Of a DNA stretch of 64,000 nt, positions 8,601-21,223 are shown piece by piece (position 1 is the first letter of the stretch; the number at the start of each line of letters is the position of its first letter). The stretch covers positions 14,992-78,991 of the forward strand of contig CAAGBC010000049.1 of assembly GCA_900767955.1 (NCBI GenBank). The letters run 5' to 3'. The translations under genes and the position numbers were made by a program. A model generated the notes under the pieces. That model was not told the DNA's origin, did no database searches, and saw only the letters and a program-made list of their open reading frames with translations. The DNA comes from Spirochaetia bacterium (GTDB taxonomy: Bacteria > Spirochaetota > Spirochaetia > Treponematales > Treponemataceae).

Positions 8601-8939
8601 TTTATTTCACGATTTGGTGGAGATGAATTTGTTGTTGTAATGACAGACACTAATGAAACTGAATCTTGTAGAGTTTATGAACGATTAAAAGAAGCGTTGG
8701 CAAAAGAAGAATATTTTATTCCTCAGTTGCGTAATTTGTTAGGTGTAAACACTTTGGAAATTCCTTCTAATAGATATTTGGGCTTTAGTATGGGAATTTG
8801 TACAAATTATGATATTGAAGATGCTTCTGATTTGAATGCAGTATTAAAAAATGCAGACAAAGCTTTGTATCATTCTAAAGAAACTTGCAAAGGAACTTGT
8901 ACTATTTGGTCTGATATTAAAGACAAAGTTCAAAAATAA
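5700..8939 (+). CDS. Diguanylate cyclase (GGDEF domain) with a very large N-terminal, mostly helical/TPR-like region
   Basis: The C-terminus carries RFGGDEFVV and the surrounding GGDEF-domain sequence (FMDLDNFKYYND...). The start is uncertain (5700, 5721 or 5784), and a tataat at 5769-5774 may mean the true start is 5784. Confidence 0.7.
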   Translation: MIVKNFVMMAFYFIFNCFIKNMVYNRNNMDISNKLEIAKKFIETSKKNLCFIVADSLVSQCIAEDMKDSYQIIDLAEDFTPFKPFLNLLSKGNLPEKNVREKTYSIQTESFVSFFKTGMAEERYDIPIDNEELYEINQYVKSIVVLFKELPVKNYIFTNAQNIFSDSFAVIKELENHELASKFVFCFNADVTNPSVEVLDFLEKNTESENFMYLQAQSTTANTALAFENEESENLLNVSQEFKETMMNNFDFVFSLLRNNRLFMSFKQLKILIAWVSKNFPNMNYSVYQKRTLLHELAIDCYVCKLEDESILHFNDIIETLPDDDFALSAAYYLARIFYLKKSGEFAKKYALQVWQQLNGNEENPYYALLSMLEFQFVKRSDANIAKGKYIEALKQLEAHGFVNNYIATGLTIPWNLINTPDSRPLIEDTIDNCMRMAKKYGNNHLYSTACHWKGIIASHYGERDVAMKWYNDCNKIRTEIGEIGPLMNIRNGLSYESLCRALYKDAYDLVNGVISNIYNLNDYSRIVDCLKNISYALFYARHYDIAHEIFSLLLHFLRLFNMEEQAYNSFLPSRSDILILKTIIDLDRKDVIHATINFNQIESTVNSVTMEEKPLIPFIRAILLANDSMFEESEKAVELCVQEFKKIKSNQTHKICFVYFEYAVLLKRLNQMELSQKYLDLGYNLAKENNFAYYTKNKDSVSVEDYLNGYEKYDELNINLAFLLEKAEKENLLTQLHKRIHDYQFLNKVKTNNLRSSNLKKYIENTVLYIYEYCFAESVFIGELTDEGAGTLYSISRGKSVNISSQKWKKLFKESTNKEVTQFVYKEKQQLFFGNMTQFEYKFGIVIIPTEQNPFTNESINTLNIALSTIQSQIVIYKQDENLLFLSTTDTLSLLNNRHALQKQLLVEGDRIRRYAKRKSTKIQVSIAFMDLDNFKYYNDTFGHNAGDLFITCFAKLLKNTCRQVDFISRFGGDEFVVVMTDTNETESCRVYERLKEALAKEEYFIPQLRNLLGVNTLEIPSNRYLGFSMGICTNYDIEDASDLNAVLKNADKALYHSKETCKGTCTIWSDIKDKVQK

Positions 8940-8980
8940 TTCTGATTTATTTGCTGTTGTTATAATTTTTATGAAAAAAT

Positions 8981-9016
8981 AAAAAAAGAGGTTGTTCTAA
9001 GAACAACCTCTTTTTT
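8981..9016. terminator. Bidirectional intrinsic terminator between convergent GGDEF and pckG genes
   Basis: gaggttgttc-taa-gaacaacctc is a perfect 10-bp stem, with an A-run before and a T-run after. Confidence 0.75.
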
Positions 9017-9029
9017 ATCTATTTATAGA

Positions 9030-10880
9030 TTACATATTGTTAAGTTTGCTTTCAAGAATATCAAGCTGTTCGCTGAGTTCTTTTGGAAGGTGTGCACCAA
9101 ATTTTGGATAGTGGTTTTCACGAATATCTTTGATTTCTTTTAACCAACCTTCTTTATCAACACTTGTGATTGCTGGAATCTGTTCTTTGTAAACATCTTC
9201 AAGACCATCAAGGTTAATAGCACCTTCTTTTGGCATGTAACCGATAGCAGTTTCAACAAAGTTGTCTTTTCCGTTACAGCGGTCAAAAATCCAAGCAAGA
9301 ACGCGGCTGTTATCACCGTATCCTGGCCACATGAATCCACCTGGAAGTTTGTCATTGTTGTCATCTTTGCGGAACCAGTTAACATAGAAGATTTTTGGAA
9401 GTTTATCCTGGTCAGCTTTAGCACCAATGTTTACCCAGTGCTGGAAGTAGTCACCCATGTTGTATCCACAGAATGGAAGGTTAGCAAATGGGTCACGACG
9501 GATTTTACCAACTTGGCTTGCATCGATTGTAGAAGCAGCTGTGATTTCTGAACCTACGATTGATCCCAAGAATACACCGTGGTTCCAATCACGAGCCTGG
9601 TGTACAAGAGGAACAGTTGAAGGACGGCGTCCACCAAAGAGGATAGCACTGATAGGAACTCCTTCTGGATTTTCCCATTCAGATGCGATACATGGACACT
9701 GATTTGCAGGAGCTGTAAAGCGTGCATTTGGATGTGCCATTTCTTCACCTTTAGGAGCCTTGTCTTTTTCGTAAGCTGGACGAGTCTGTCCTTTCCAGTC
9801 AACAAGGTTACCTTTAGCAGGATATCCAATTCCTTCCCACCAAACATCTCCGTCTTCTGTTAAAGCACAGTTTGTGAAGATTGTATTCTTTTCTGCAGAA
9901 ATAAGAGCGTTTTTGTTTGATACAGCAGATGTTCCTGGAGCAACTCCGAAGAATCCTGCTTCTGGGTTGATAGCGTATAAACGACCATCTTTACCAAATT
10001 TCATCCAAGCAATATCGTCACCGATTGTTTCAACTTTCCAACCAGGAATTGTTGGGATAAGCATAGCAAGGTTTGTTTTTCCACAAGCACTTGGGAAAGC
10101 ACCTGTTACATATTTTACATCACCTTCTGGGCTAGTAAGTTTTAAGATAAGCATGTGTTCTGCAAGCCAACCTTCTTCACGAGCAATAACAGTTGCAATA
10201 CGAAGAGCAAAACATTTTTTTCCAAGAAGAGCGTTTCCACCGTATCCTGAACCGTAAGACCAGATAAGTCTTTCTTCTGGGAAGTGGCTGATATATTTGT
10301 GTTCAACATCTGCACATGGCCAAATACCATTGTCTGATTCACCTTCTGCAAGTGGTTTTCCTACAGAGTGAAGGCATGGAACGAATTCTCCGTCTGTACC
10401 AAGAACGTCAAGAACTTTTGTTCCAACGCGTGTCATGATGTGCATGTTACATACAACATATTCTGAATCTGTAAGTTCGATACCATTTTTAGAAATTGGA
10501 GAACCAACTGGACCCATACAGAATGGAATAACATACATTGTACGACCTTTCATACAACCTGTGTAAAGGCCAGTCATTGTTGCTTTTAATTCTTTTGGAT
10601 CAATCCAGTTATTTGTTGGACCTGCATCTTCTTGTTTTACAGATGCAATGTATGTGCGTCCTTCTACACGTGCAACATCAGAAGGAAGAGAGCGGAAAAG
10701 GTGGCTGTGTGGTTTTTTTGCAAGTGGAGTTGCAAGACCAGCTTCTACCATTTTATTCATAAGGCGATCGTATTCAGCAGCTGTACCATCACAAACATAA
10801 ACGTCGTCTGGCTGACACATCTTTACTACTTCTTCTACCCATGCTTTGATTTTAGCATGTTTGATGTCATTGATTGTCAT
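9030..10880 (-). CDS. pckG: Phosphoenolpyruvate carboxykinase (GTP)
   Basis: 616 aa with the kinase-1a-like motif [13 protein letters not shown] and FPSACGKTN. Full-length match to the GTP-PEPCK family. Confidence 0.9.
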   Translation of the reverse strand: MTINDIKHAKIKAWVEEVVKMCQPDDVYVCDGTAAEYDRLMNKMVEAGLATPLAKKPHSHLFRSLPSDVARVEGRTYIASVKQEDAGPTNNWIDPKELKATMTGLYTGCMKGRTMYVIPFCMGPVGSPISKNGIELTDSEYVVCNMHIMTRVGTKVLDVLGTDGEFVPCLHSVGKPLAEGESDNGIWPCADVEHKYISHFPEERLIWSYGSGYGGNALLGKKCFALRIATVIAREEGWLAEHMLILKLTSPEGDVKYVTGAFPSACGKTNLAMLIPTIPGWKVETIGDDIAWMKFGKDGRLYAINPEAGFFGVAPGTSAVSNKNALISAEKNTIFTNCALTEDGDVWWEGIGYPAKGNLVDWKGQTRPAYEKDKAPKGEEMAHPNARFTAPANQCPCIASEWENPEGVPISAILFGGRRPSTVPLVHQARDWNHGVFLGSIVGSEITAASTIDASQVGKIRRDPFANLPFCGYNMGDYFQHWVNIGAKADQDKLPKIFYVNWFRKDDNNDKLPGGFMWPGYGDNSRVLAWIFDRCNGKDNFVETAIGYMPKEGAINLDGLEDVYKEQIPAITSVDKEGWLKEIKDIRENHYPKFGAHLPKELSEQLDILESKLNNM

Positions 10881-11134
10881 ATTTTCTCCTATACATTCAG
10901 TGTTATCTGAAAAAATTGATTTGCTTAAATATACTATGTTTATTATTTCTTTTCAACAGATATTTATAATTTGTCATTTTAAGTGTAAAAAAATGAAAAA
11001 ATAAAGTATAATTTACTATATTATAAGAATTAATTTTTAATAATTCCGTTGGAATTTAAATTGTAAAAATTATTGTGTGTATACTAAGTATAAAAATAAG
11101 CACAATGATTTAATTTTATTTTTGAGAGAATAAT

Positions 11135-11758
11135 ATGAAAAATGCAATTGTATTTCTTGCTGATGGATTTGAAGAAATAGAAGCCATCACAGTTATTGAT
11201 TATTTAAGACGAGCTAATGTTGATGTAAAAACAGTAGCAGTTCCTTCGGCTACAATGAAAAAAGAAAATATGCCAACAGGTTCACATAATATTACTGTTG
11301 TTGCAGATTACAGTTTTTCTGATTTTGAAGAAGCTTATAGCAAAGATTTACCAGATTTAGTTTATATTCCTGGAGGAATGCCAGGTTCAACAAATGTTGG
11401 AAGTTGTATTGCAGTTATAGATTTTGTAAAAAAATGCTTTAATGCTCAGAAATTTGTTTCAGCAATTTGTGCCGCTCCTGCTGTGGTTCTTGCAAAAACT
11501 GGAATCCTTAAGGAAAAAAACTGGACTTGCTATCCATCTATGGAAGAAGGAATTGAAAAATATTGTTTGAATGGTGAAAATATTGATGAATGTTTAAAAA
11601 ATAGTAGCCACAAAAAAAATGTTCCTTTTGTTGTGGATGGAAATGTTATTACAGGTCGAGGCCCTGGAACAGCAGAAGAATTTGCTATGGAATTAGTGAA
11701 ACTTCTTACTAATGAAGAAACATATAATTCAATTAAAAAAGGAAGTATTCAGCGTTAA
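11135..11758 (+). CDS. DJ-1/PfpI (ThiJ) family protein
   Basis: N-terminal IVFLADGFEEIEAITVIDYLRRA plus the nucleophile-elbow region ...FVSAICAAPAVVL. Confidence 0.75.
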   Translation: MKNAIVFLADGFEEIEAITVIDYLRRANVDVKTVAVPSATMKKENMPTGSHNITVVADYSFSDFEEAYSKDLPDLVYIPGGMPGSTNVGSCIAVIDFVKKCFNAQKFVSAICAAPAVVLAKTGILKEKNWTCYPSMEEGIEKYCLNGENIDECLKNSSHKKNVPFVVDGNVITGRGPGTAEEFAMELVKLLTNEETYNSIKKGSIQR

Positions 11759-11762
11759 TTGT

Positions 11763-11792
11763 AAAAGGGGCTGTCAAAGACAGCCCTTTTGT
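11763..11792. terminator. Bidirectional terminator between DJ-1 and ackA
   Basis: gggctgtc-aaa-gacagccc is flanked by an A-run and a T-run. Confidence 0.7.
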
Positions 11793-11800
11793 TATTATTT

Positions 11801-13132
11801 TTAAGCTTTTGCTAAAATATCTTTAAGTAAAGGAGTTTTTTCTATATCTCCTTTTAGACCTGCTTCACGAGCTTTGTTTACATAGTTTGGATTTTGGAAG
11901 CTGTATGTGAAGTTTGTGTGAACATCGTAAGTTCCTTTCATTAATGCAAAGGCATCTTCTGTCATTACAAGTTCTTCGTCAGTTGGAATTACAAAAACTT
12001 TTACTTTTGAATCATCTGCACTGATACAAGTTTCAGCATTACTTGTGTTAGAAGCGTTATTTTTTGCTTGGTCAATTTTGATTCCCATTACTTCAAGGCC
12101 TTCTAGAGATTTTCCTCTAATAAGAGGTGAATGTTCTCCAACACCAGCTGTAAATACGATTGCATCAACATTTCCAAGGGCTGCAACATAAGAACCAATA
12201 TATTTTTTTAAGCGATATGCTTCCATTTCAATAGAAAGTTCAGAAAGTTTGTCACCTTCTTTTGCTGCGTTTTCTATATCACGGCGGTCAGCATATTTTT
12301 CTGTAATTCCTAAAAGACCAGACTTTTTATTAAGTGCTGTGTCCATTTCGTCTGCAGTCATTCCTGTTTTTCTCATAATGTAGAAAGGAAGTGCAGGGTC
12401 AAGTTCTCCAGAACGTGTTCCCATTACAAGACCGTCAAGTGGTGTAATTCCCATTGATGTGTCATAACATTGCCCATTTTTTACTGCACAAATAGAAGCA
12501 CCGTTTCCGATGTGGCAAATAATTACATTTGTGTCTTTTGGTTGTTTGTTCAAAAGAACAGCTGCTCTTTTTGATGTATATAAAAATGAAGTTCCGTGGA
12601 ATCCGTATTTTCTTGCTTGGTATTTTTTGTACCATTCACGAGGAATTGCGTACATAAATGCGTGTTCTGGCATTGTTTGGTGCCATGCTGTATCCATAAT
12701 TGCACAATGAGGAACATCAGGAAGAACTTTTTGTGCAGCTTCAATTCCCATGATATTTGCAGGATTGTGAAGTGGACCTAAATCTTGTACTTCGCGGAAT
12801 GTTTCTAATACTTCAGGAGTGATAACTACTGATTTTGTAAATTTATCTCCTCCGTGAAGAACTCTGTGGCCTACAGCTTTGATAACATTCATGTCTGTAA
12901 TTACACCAACTTCTGGATCTGTAATTTCTTTCATAATAAGTTCAATTGCTTCTTTGTGTGTAGGACATGGACTTAAAACTTCTGTTTTTTTACCTTTTGC
13001 TTTGTGAGTGATTCCAGAACCTTCTGCTCCAACACGCTCTACAACGCCATTTGCAAGAACTTCTTTGTTTTCCCAATCATAAACTTGATATTTTGCGGAA
13101 GAGGAACCGCAGTTGAGTGTTAAAATAACCAT
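11801..13132 (-). CDS. ackA: Acetate kinase
   Basis: N-terminal [16 protein letters not shown] and overall ASKHA-fold acetate/propionate kinase pattern. Confidence 0.8.
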   Translation of the reverse strand: MVILTLNCGSSSAKYQVYDWENKEVLANGVVERVGAEGSGITHKAKGKKTEVLSPCPTHKEAIELIMKEITDPEVGVITDMNVIKAVGHRVLHGGDKFTKSVVITPEVLETFREVQDLGPLHNPANIMGIEAAQKVLPDVPHCAIMDTAWHQTMPEHAFMYAIPREWYKKYQARKYGFHGTSFLYTSKRAAVLLNKQPKDTNVIICHIGNGASICAVKNGQCYDTSMGITPLDGLVMGTRSGELDPALPFYIMRKTGMTADEMDTALNKKSGLLGITEKYADRRDIENAAKEGDKLSELSIEMEAYRLKKYIGSYVAALGNVDAIVFTAGVGEHSPLIRGKSLEGLEVMGIKIDQAKNNASNTSNAETCISADDSKVKVFVIPTDEELVMTEDAFALMKGTYDVHTNFTYSFQNPNYVNKAREAGLKGDIEKTPLLKDILAKA

Positions 13133-13250
13133 TTGAAATAACCTTCTTATAAAATTTTTTCAAAATTAAGCACCGCGGGAAATATCAATTTTCGAGGATG
13201 TTTAATCAAATATAACTATTTGTTAATTATATTCCTATTTTTATAGATTA

Positions 13251-14867
13251 TCAATAATTTAATACAACATTGGGTAGATTTATCTTTTGTTCTTTTTTGA
13301 ATAAATATTTTAGTGGGTGTATGTCAAATGAATTTACTGACCAGCCACCAATACTATTTAAATCGATTATGTTCAAACTTACTGGGTGTTGTATTGGGAT
13401 AATTAAGCCTTGATTTAATAAAAGTTGTTCAGCTTGAGCCAATATTTTGGAATGATTTTCATCGGAATAAAGAGCCGCTTCATCTAGTAATTTATCAAAT
13501 TCAGAATTTTTCCAGTTTGTTACATTTAAAGTTGAATTACTTCTGAATAATTCCAAAAATGCTAACGGGTCTGCAAAATCGCCAATCCAAGTATATGAAA
13601 ATAAATCTGCGTTAATTTCTTGAATTTTATGTAAATATTCATAGGAATTTACTGTGATTATTGATAATTCAACGCCTAAATCTTGCCAAGCATCTTTTAG
13701 TAGAGTTGCTTTTTTTTGCATATATTCGCTATCTGTAATTGCAAAAGTAATAGGAATTATCTGGTCTTGATTAATGCTGAATTTTTGACGAGCAGCATCC
13801 ATCATCTTTTTTGCTTCGATTTTATCTGTGTAAGAAAAACCTTCTACCGCTGGATAACCATTAAGTGGATAAACAAGGGTAGTTGCTTTTACAAAAGTAT
13901 TTTCTCTTAATTTGTCCCAAGGAATTGCTTCTAGTAGTGCAAGTCTAAAATCTACATTATTCCAAATGCTATTTGGAGTTTCTTTAAAAAATAAATATTC
14001 AGTTGCATATTCTGCAGAAATATGAGTTGAATCTTTTGAAATTAATTTTTTTATGTCAACAGGACCACTTACCCAATCTGCAAGTCCTGTATTAAATGCG
14101 TGTGTGTTTTCTTCGGAATCATCACTAAAGATGTAAGTAATTTGTTTTAGCTTTGTGTTTACACTGTCATAATAATATTCGTTTTTTTTCAAAATTAGGA
14201 ATTCATTAGTTTGTTCTGCAATATAAAAAGGTCCACTTGATACAAATGGATTTGGATTTTTTACAGAAAAAGCATTCATGCATAATAATTTTGGAAGGTG
14301 AGCAGCTGGAGCATTTAAATAAAGTGAAATATTTAAATCGTCAATTACTTTGATTCCTACATTTTCAATAGAGCCGTTTTTTGAATGAAATTCCTTTGCA
14401 CCGTTTACAATATAGAATAAAGATGCGTAAGGAGCATTTGGTTCTGATAATAATGCTAACCAGGAATCTTTTATATTTTTTGCAGTTATTGGTGTTCCGT
14501 CACTGAATTTTGCGTCATTTCTGATTGTAAAAGTCCATCTTTTTTTGTCTCTTGAAATTTTATAGTCAGAAACAATTGCAAATTGAGGTTCGAGTGTTAC
14601 TGGGTTATAGGAAAATAAACCTTCGTATAAGCCAGTTAAAATTTGTGCTTCGGAACTATAACTTGAAGTGTGTGGATCTAAATTATAATTGTGTTCAGAA
14701 GCAATTATGGTGATGTTATCTTGCAACTGTTCATTTATATTGTCGCTAAAACTATTTGTTTCAGGTTGATTATTAATGTCTTGTGCTATTATTTCTAGGC
14801 TTAAAAAAAATACACTTACTTTTAATAATTTTATTAATTTTTTTTTAATCAGCATCGTTAATTCCAA
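13251..14867 (-). CDS. ABC transporter substrate-binding protein, family 5 (peptide/oligopeptide-type)
   Basis: N-terminal signal sequence. Size of about 540 aa and Opp/Dpp-like composition. Confidence 0.6.
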   Translation of the reverse strand: MELTMLIKKKLIKLLKVSVFFLSLEIIAQDINNQPETNSFSDNINEQLQDNITIIASEHNYNLDPHTSSYSSEAQILTGLYEGLFSYNPVTLEPQFAIVSDYKISRDKKRWTFTIRNDAKFSDGTPITAKNIKDSWLALLSEPNAPYASLFYIVNGAKEFHSKNGSIENVGIKVIDDLNISLYLNAPAAHLPKLLCMNAFSVKNPNPFVSSGPFYIAEQTNEFLILKKNEYYYDSVNTKLKQITYIFSDDSEENTHAFNTGLADWVSGPVDIKKLISKDSTHISAEYATEYLFFKETPNSIWNNVDFRLALLEAIPWDKLRENTFVKATTLVYPLNGYPAVEGFSYTDKIEAKKMMDAARQKFSINQDQIIPITFAITDSEYMQKKATLLKDAWQDLGVELSIITVNSYEYLHKIQEINADLFSYTWIGDFADPLAFLELFRSNSTLNVTNWKNSEFDKLLDEAALYSDENHSKILAQAEQLLLNQGLIIPIQHPVSLNIIDLNSIGGWSVNSFDIHPLKYLFKKEQKINLPNVVLNY

Positions 14868-16263
14868 GTCGTTTTAGTTGTGCAATTTCTTCTATATGAG
14901 AAGCGTATTCACCGCGTCTTTGATTTGCTTTTACTATTGCATTTTTTACAGAAACTAAATCCATTTTTAGCCCTTTGATTTTTGATTTATCTTGAGGCTT
15001 TGCATTTGCTTTGAAATATTCATCAATTGCTGTTAAATATGTAAATATTTCTTGGTTTTCTGTAATTTGTTTGTTAACAAAGATAAGAATATTTTCTTCA
15101 GTAGATGCAAGGATAGTTTTGAATTCTGAAGATTCTTTGTTTTGCAAAGTGATAAAAAAGTTTGCCTTGCGATCAAGATTTGACATAAAAACACTTATAT
15201 CAACTTTTTGCTGATAATGAGTTTGGTTTGTTTTATCTGAAATTGTCAAATTGTAAAAAATTGGTGGATCAGGCAAATTAAACATTTTTCGTAATGCTTT
15301 TTTTAATTTATCAAAAAATGTGTTGTGGGCACTTTCTAATACTAAATGATTTGAACTAACTTTGTTGCGTATTAAAGAGTATTCGTTTCCTAAAGTTGCC
15401 AATGCCGAAACTGCATCAACAATAATTTGTTTAGTATCAACTTGCTTTTTTTCTTTTTCAACAGTTTTATTTTTTACTTTTAATTTTTGCAATACTTTGA
15501 ATTGTAATGCTTCTTTATTTGGAGAATGATCTTCTTGAACTATTTCAGAAACTAATTCATGGTAGAATGTTTTTTTTCCAATAACTTCAACATACATTCG
15601 TTTAATTTCTGCAAGTTCGTCAGAAGCGGAGGCTGCTGCTTTTTCTTTGTTAAAAGAAGGATGACAGAAAATATCTAAACGCAATTTTGCTTTGTATGCT
15701 TCTTTTTGATATTCAGTTAATTCTTTTAAAATACCTGTAATTTCATTAATTGAAGAAGCGCTTTTATTTACAGAATCGTTTACCATGTTTAATACAATGG
15801 AAGGAGCACTTTTTTTTACTTCTACAATAAAGTTTGCAATTGCTTTTGTATTGATTTTTGAATTATTTGGAGAACAGTTGTTCCATTGGAAAGAATTATT
15901 AAATTCGTTTAATTTTCTAATTTTTTGTAGTGAAATATTTTCAACGGAAAATTTAAAATAAGTACAGATAAAGTCTAACATACTTTCGTAGTCAGAAAAT
16001 CTTGCACCAATAACCATTGCTTTATCACCGTCTTTGTATGGTGCGTCATCAGGAATTGTAATATCTGAAATTTTTTGGTCTAATTTATATGGGTCAGGAA
16101 TTATTAATCCGCGTTTCTCTAAAATCTCAAACAAATTTTTAACGCAAGTATGTAAAAGTCTGTAACATTCAAGCATTCGTGGAAGTTCAACTTTATTGAA
16201 CCAATCTGCTTTTTCTGTTAGAGCTGAGTTTAATTTTTCAGTAAAATTTGAATTGTTTTCCAT
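14845..16263 (-). CDS. Hypothetical protein (472 aa)
   Basis: Long ORF overlapping the downstream SBP gene by 23 bp, suggesting an operon. No recognised motif. Confidence 0.5.
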   Translation of the reverse strand: MENNSNFTEKLNSALTEKADWFNKVELPRMLECYRLLHTCVKNLFEILEKRGLIIPDPYKLDQKISDITIPDDAPYKDGDKAMVIGARFSDYESMLDFICTYFKFSVENISLQKIRKLNEFNNSFQWNNCSPNNSKINTKAIANFIVEVKKSAPSIVLNMVNDSVNKSASSINEITGILKELTEYQKEAYKAKLRLDIFCHPSFNKEKAAASASDELAEIKRMYVEVIGKKTFYHELVSEIVQEDHSPNKEALQFKVLQKLKVKNKTVEKEKKQVDTKQIIVDAVSALATLGNEYSLIRNKVSSNHLVLESAHNTFFDKLKKALRKMFNLPDPPIFYNLTISDKTNQTHYQQKVDISVFMSNLDRKANFFITLQNKESSEFKTILASTEENILIFVNKQITENQEIFTYLTAIDEYFKANAKPQDKSKIKGLKMDLVSVKNAIVKANQRRGEYASHIEEIAQLKRLGINDAD

Positions 16264-16315
16264 AATATATATATTATCGCCTATGTTTTGTTAAAAATCT
16301 ACCATTTTAATGTGA

Positions 16316-16972
16316 TTAAAATCTAATTTTTATTCCTAGTGAAATCATTGCATTGTTTAAGCCTTGTTCATTAAATAAAGAACCTAATGGAATATAAAAT
16401 TTAAATTCAGGACCAGCTTTTATATATGCAGAAAATTTATACAAATAAGAAAAATCTATTTTTGCAAACAAGAAATTTGCATCAGACCAAAAGTATTCAT
16501 TCATAATTTTTACATCATTTTCTGCAGAACCTGAAGTTCCAAAGTCTGATGAATTTACATTGTTTGATAACATTGCAAATCGTAATAAAAATGCAGGGCC
16601 TAGTCCAAGTTCTAAAGTGTGGCTGTTATTGATTGTGTAAGAACAATTTGCAACTAAATCAATAAAAAATGACAGAGCAGTTCCTGTGCGGTTTTCAATT
16701 TCTGCGGGGCGTGGAATTGCATCATCTAATAGATAATAATTGTAAAAAAATGATAAACCTGGTTCAAAAGAAATTAACGAATAATTTGGAAATCTAAAAG
16801 AAACCGAAATTGGATATACAACAGGCGATGGTGCGCTTTTGTGATTTTTGTCATTGTTTATTAATAGTGCAGGGGAAAAGGAAAAATTTACATCACAAAA
16901 ATTACTAAAGTTAGATGAAAAACAATATATTGATGTGATTGAAAATATAAAAATAAAGAAAAATTTTTTCAT
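16316..16972 (-). CDS. Hypothetical secreted or outer-membrane protein
   Basis: N-terminal hydrophobic signal. Aromatic-rich C-terminus ending in F. Confidence 0.45.
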   Translation of the reverse strand: MKKFFFIFIFSITSIYCFSSNFSNFCDVNFSFSPALLINNDKNHKSAPSPVVYPISVSFRFPNYSLISFEPGLSFFYNYYLLDDAIPRPAEIENRTGTALSFFIDLVANCSYTINNSHTLELGLGPAFLLRFAMLSNNVNSSDFGTSGSAENDVKIMNEYFWSDANFLFAKIDFSYLYKFSAYIKAGPEFKFYIPLGSLFNEQGLNNAMISLGIKIRF

Positions 16973-16997
16973 TATTAGTTCCTGTGTAAAAACAAAT

Positions 16998-18146
16998 TTA
17001 GTATAGCAAAGAATCTAAATTTATTTGTATAAAACCACTTCTTCCTGTTTTGAAAAATGAAGTTTCTTCCCAAGATGCGTATAAAGAAGTTCCAGAAATC
17101 ACGAATTCGTTATAGGTGTATCCTGCAGGTAATTTTGGTAATCGTAATGCCAAAGGATTTCCTTTGTTTAATATGCTTTTGTTGTACAATGCACCATCAA
17201 GATATAAAGTTCCATCTTGGAACAAAACAGCTGTCCATGATTCTGCAATAATTGCGTTGGCATTTAATGTTTGGTTTGTTGCAGAATTGTTTACATTTTT
17301 TTGAAAAACACGAGGAGAGTGACTTCCTGCGGTGTAACATTTTAATTCAAATGAAATATTTTGAGGTAATGTTTTAAGTAAGTTTTTGATTCTGTCTGGG
17401 GCTTTTGCAAAAGATATTGGTGTTTTAATTTTTCGATAATCACTTACAGAAGTTTGTGATATGTGAATATTATCGTTTGCATTTGTAGGCGTAATGGAAA
17501 GAATATTTGTTTTTGGCTGAAAAGTTAAATATTCAAAATCAATTTTTTCATTTTGTTTTGATTTGATACAACAAGTCCAAAATGTTCCATTCCAAATAAA
17601 ATCTATTACATTTCCATTTGTTTTTAAATTTTGAGTGTTCAATATTGGGTAAAAAATTTTTGTTTGTGGATTAAACTGAATTAAAAATGGATTGCTTTTG
17701 TTTGTTGTTGTTTCCGTGTTGAAAAAGCTATTTTTATAAACAGAAAAAATAGGTGTTCCTTCAAAAAAAACAATATTTTCTGCGGTGTTATTAGTAAAAA
17801 TATAATCTTTACAATATTCTATATTTTTATCTTCAAAAACAAGAATTCCTTGTGTGTTTACAATTGCATAGCCTTTTGGAACTGAATCATTTGAATCTGA
17901 ATCAACAGACGCACATGAAATTCTAGTTGCTTCTGTCCAAGGTTTATTTATTGCTTCTGGAGAATTTTGAGGCTTTTCAGTTTTATAAAAATTCCCATTT
18001 TCAAAATAATACCAAGTGTGATTTTTTGTTGGAAGTTCAATATTTTCAATTTTAGGTTCTTGCTTTTGTGAACAAGAATTAAACAAAAAAATAAAAGCGA
18101 AAGTTAATATTGTAGCTTTATTAATTGAAGAAAATTTATTTTTCAT
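16998..18146 (-). CDS. Hypothetical lipoprotein
   Basis: Signal peptide with lipobox FLFNSC. No other motif recognised. Confidence 0.5.
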   Translation of the reverse strand: MKNKFSSINKATILTFAFIFLFNSCSQKQEPKIENIELPTKNHTWYYFENGNFYKTEKPQNSPEAINKPWTEATRISCASVDSDSNDSVPKGYAIVNTQGILVFEDKNIEYCKDYIFTNNTAENIVFFEGTPIFSVYKNSFFNTETTTNKSNPFLIQFNPQTKIFYPILNTQNLKTNGNVIDFIWNGTFWTCCIKSKQNEKIDFEYLTFQPKTNILSITPTNANDNIHISQTSVSDYRKIKTPISFAKAPDRIKNLLKTLPQNISFELKCYTAGSHSPRVFQKNVNNSATNQTLNANAIIAESWTAVLFQDGTLYLDGALYNKSILNKGNPLALRLPKLPAGYTYNEFVISGTSLYASWEETSFFKTGRSGFIQINLDSLLY

Positions 18147-18201
18147 TAATTTTTAGTGTATATCGTGATTTCAGTTATTGCAAGGACAATATTTTTATGC
18201 G

Positions 18202-18669
18202 TTATCTGTTTTTTGCAATTTCTTTTTGACAAAGCTGATCGCAAATTTCGTTGTATTCAATTCCTGCGTGACCCTTTACCCAATTCCATTCAACATTAAG
18301 ATTGGAATTTAATTCATCAAGTTGTTGCCATAAATCTTGGTTTTTTACTGGTTTTTTATCAGCAGTTTTCCAGCCTTTTTGTTTCCAGCTTTTAATCCAA
18401 ACTGTTATTCCGTTTTTTACATATTGGCTATCTATATTTACGATAATTTTCTTTCCATTGAATGATGGTGTATTTTGTATAACGCTAAGCGCTGAAATTG
18501 CAGCAGTTAATTCCATTCTGTTGTTTGTTGTGATTTTTTCACCACCACTGAGTTGTCGTGCTTCTCCATTTGCAATAACAACAATTCCCCATCCACCAGG
18601 GCCTGGGTTCCCTGAACAGCCACCGTCTGTGTAAACAATAATTTCTTCCATAGTTTTTAATATAACCAA
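18202..18669 (-). CDS. rnhA: Ribonuclease HI
   Basis: VYTDGGCSGNPGPGGWG ... NNRMELTAAISAL match the RNase H catalytic motifs. Confidence 0.85.
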   Translation of the reverse strand: MVILKTMEEIIVYTDGGCSGNPGPGGWGIVVIANGEARQLSGGEKITTNNRMELTAAISALSVIQNTPSFNGKKIIVNIDSQYVKNGITVWIKSWKQKGWKTADKKPVKNQDLWQQLDELNSNLNVEWNWVKGHAGIEYNEICDQLCQKEIAKNR

Positions 18670-18775
18670 AAAAAGTTGTATCTACAAGATAATATGTTTT
18701 TTGCTAGACGATACTTTGTATTTTTATTATATTACATAGTATTATATTTTTAATTAAAATTTTTGGAGAATATAA

Positions 18776-20401
<1,626 letters not shown>

Positions 20402-20581
20402 TTCTTGTAATTGAATTAATAAATGGATAATAAAAGCTATTCTTTTAGGATTTTATTCTATGAGAATAGCTTTTTTTTATTTTAAAACTTGACAATACTA
20501 CTCTTAAGGGGATAAACTTGAATAGGTATTTGATTAATCTTGTATTTACAAGATATACCAAAAAAATAAAAAGGGGAGCGT

Positions 20582-21223
20582 ATGAAAAAATTAGCTCTAA
20601 GTTTGGTTGCATTGATGTTTGCTACAAGCGTTTTTGCAATGAATTTTTCTGTTGGTGCAAAAGGAAATATTGGTATTGCAACTACAATTCAATCTGTGGA
20701 TGATGAACCTGTAGAAGATATTTTACCAGTTTTCTCTGGTTCAATTGGTGGTGTATTTGGTATTCAGTTTACAGAAATGTTTGCACTTGAACCTGAAGTA
20801 ATGTTCCATTTTGGAAACGGTTTTTCAATGGAAAATGAAATGTATGGTAAAACAGTAAAATATTCTTATAATTGGACTACTTTAGAAATTCCTGTAATGT
20901 TTAAAGCAAAATTTGCTGTAGGTGATGGTCATTTTGCAGTTGCTGTTGGTCCACAATTTAATTTCCTTTTAGGTGATATTAATGTAAAAAGAGAATATGA
21001 TGGAGATACTGAGACAAAGTCTTATTCTGCAGATGATTATGGCTTTAATACATTTACTTTAGGAATTGGTGTAGGTGTAGAATATGGTTTACCTGTTGGA
21101 CCTGGAGATTTAGTATTTGGTGTTAGATGGCAAATGGATTTAACTAATGTAAAAGAGGATTCAGATTCTCAAGTCAGAAACATGGCAGTTCTTCCATCTG
21201 TAGCATACATGATTAAGTTATAA
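20582..21223 (+). CDS. Outer-membrane beta-barrel protein (paralog 1)
   Basis: Signal peptide. Alternating hydrophobic pattern, Gly-rich strands, C-terminal aromatic residue. Confidence 0.55.
   Translation: MKKLALSLVALMFATSVFAMNFSVGAKGNIGIATTIQSVDDEPVEDILPVFSGSIGGVFGIQFTEMFALEPEVMFHFGNGFSMENEMYGKTVKYSYNWTTLEIPVMFKAKFAVGDGHFAVAVGPQFNFLLGDINVKREYDGDTETKSYSADDYGFNTFTLGIGVGVEYGLPVGPGDLVFGVRWQMDLTNVKEDSDSQVRNMAVLPSVAYMIKL

Noticed and set aside
9140-10910. Multiple short ORFs on both strands within the pckG span
   Set aside because: They are embedded in a 616-aa PEPCK gene with full-length conserved motifs.
20489-20520. ttgaca-containing putative promoter upstream of the first OMP gene
   Set aside because: There is no convincing -10 at the correct spacing, so it is too weak to call.
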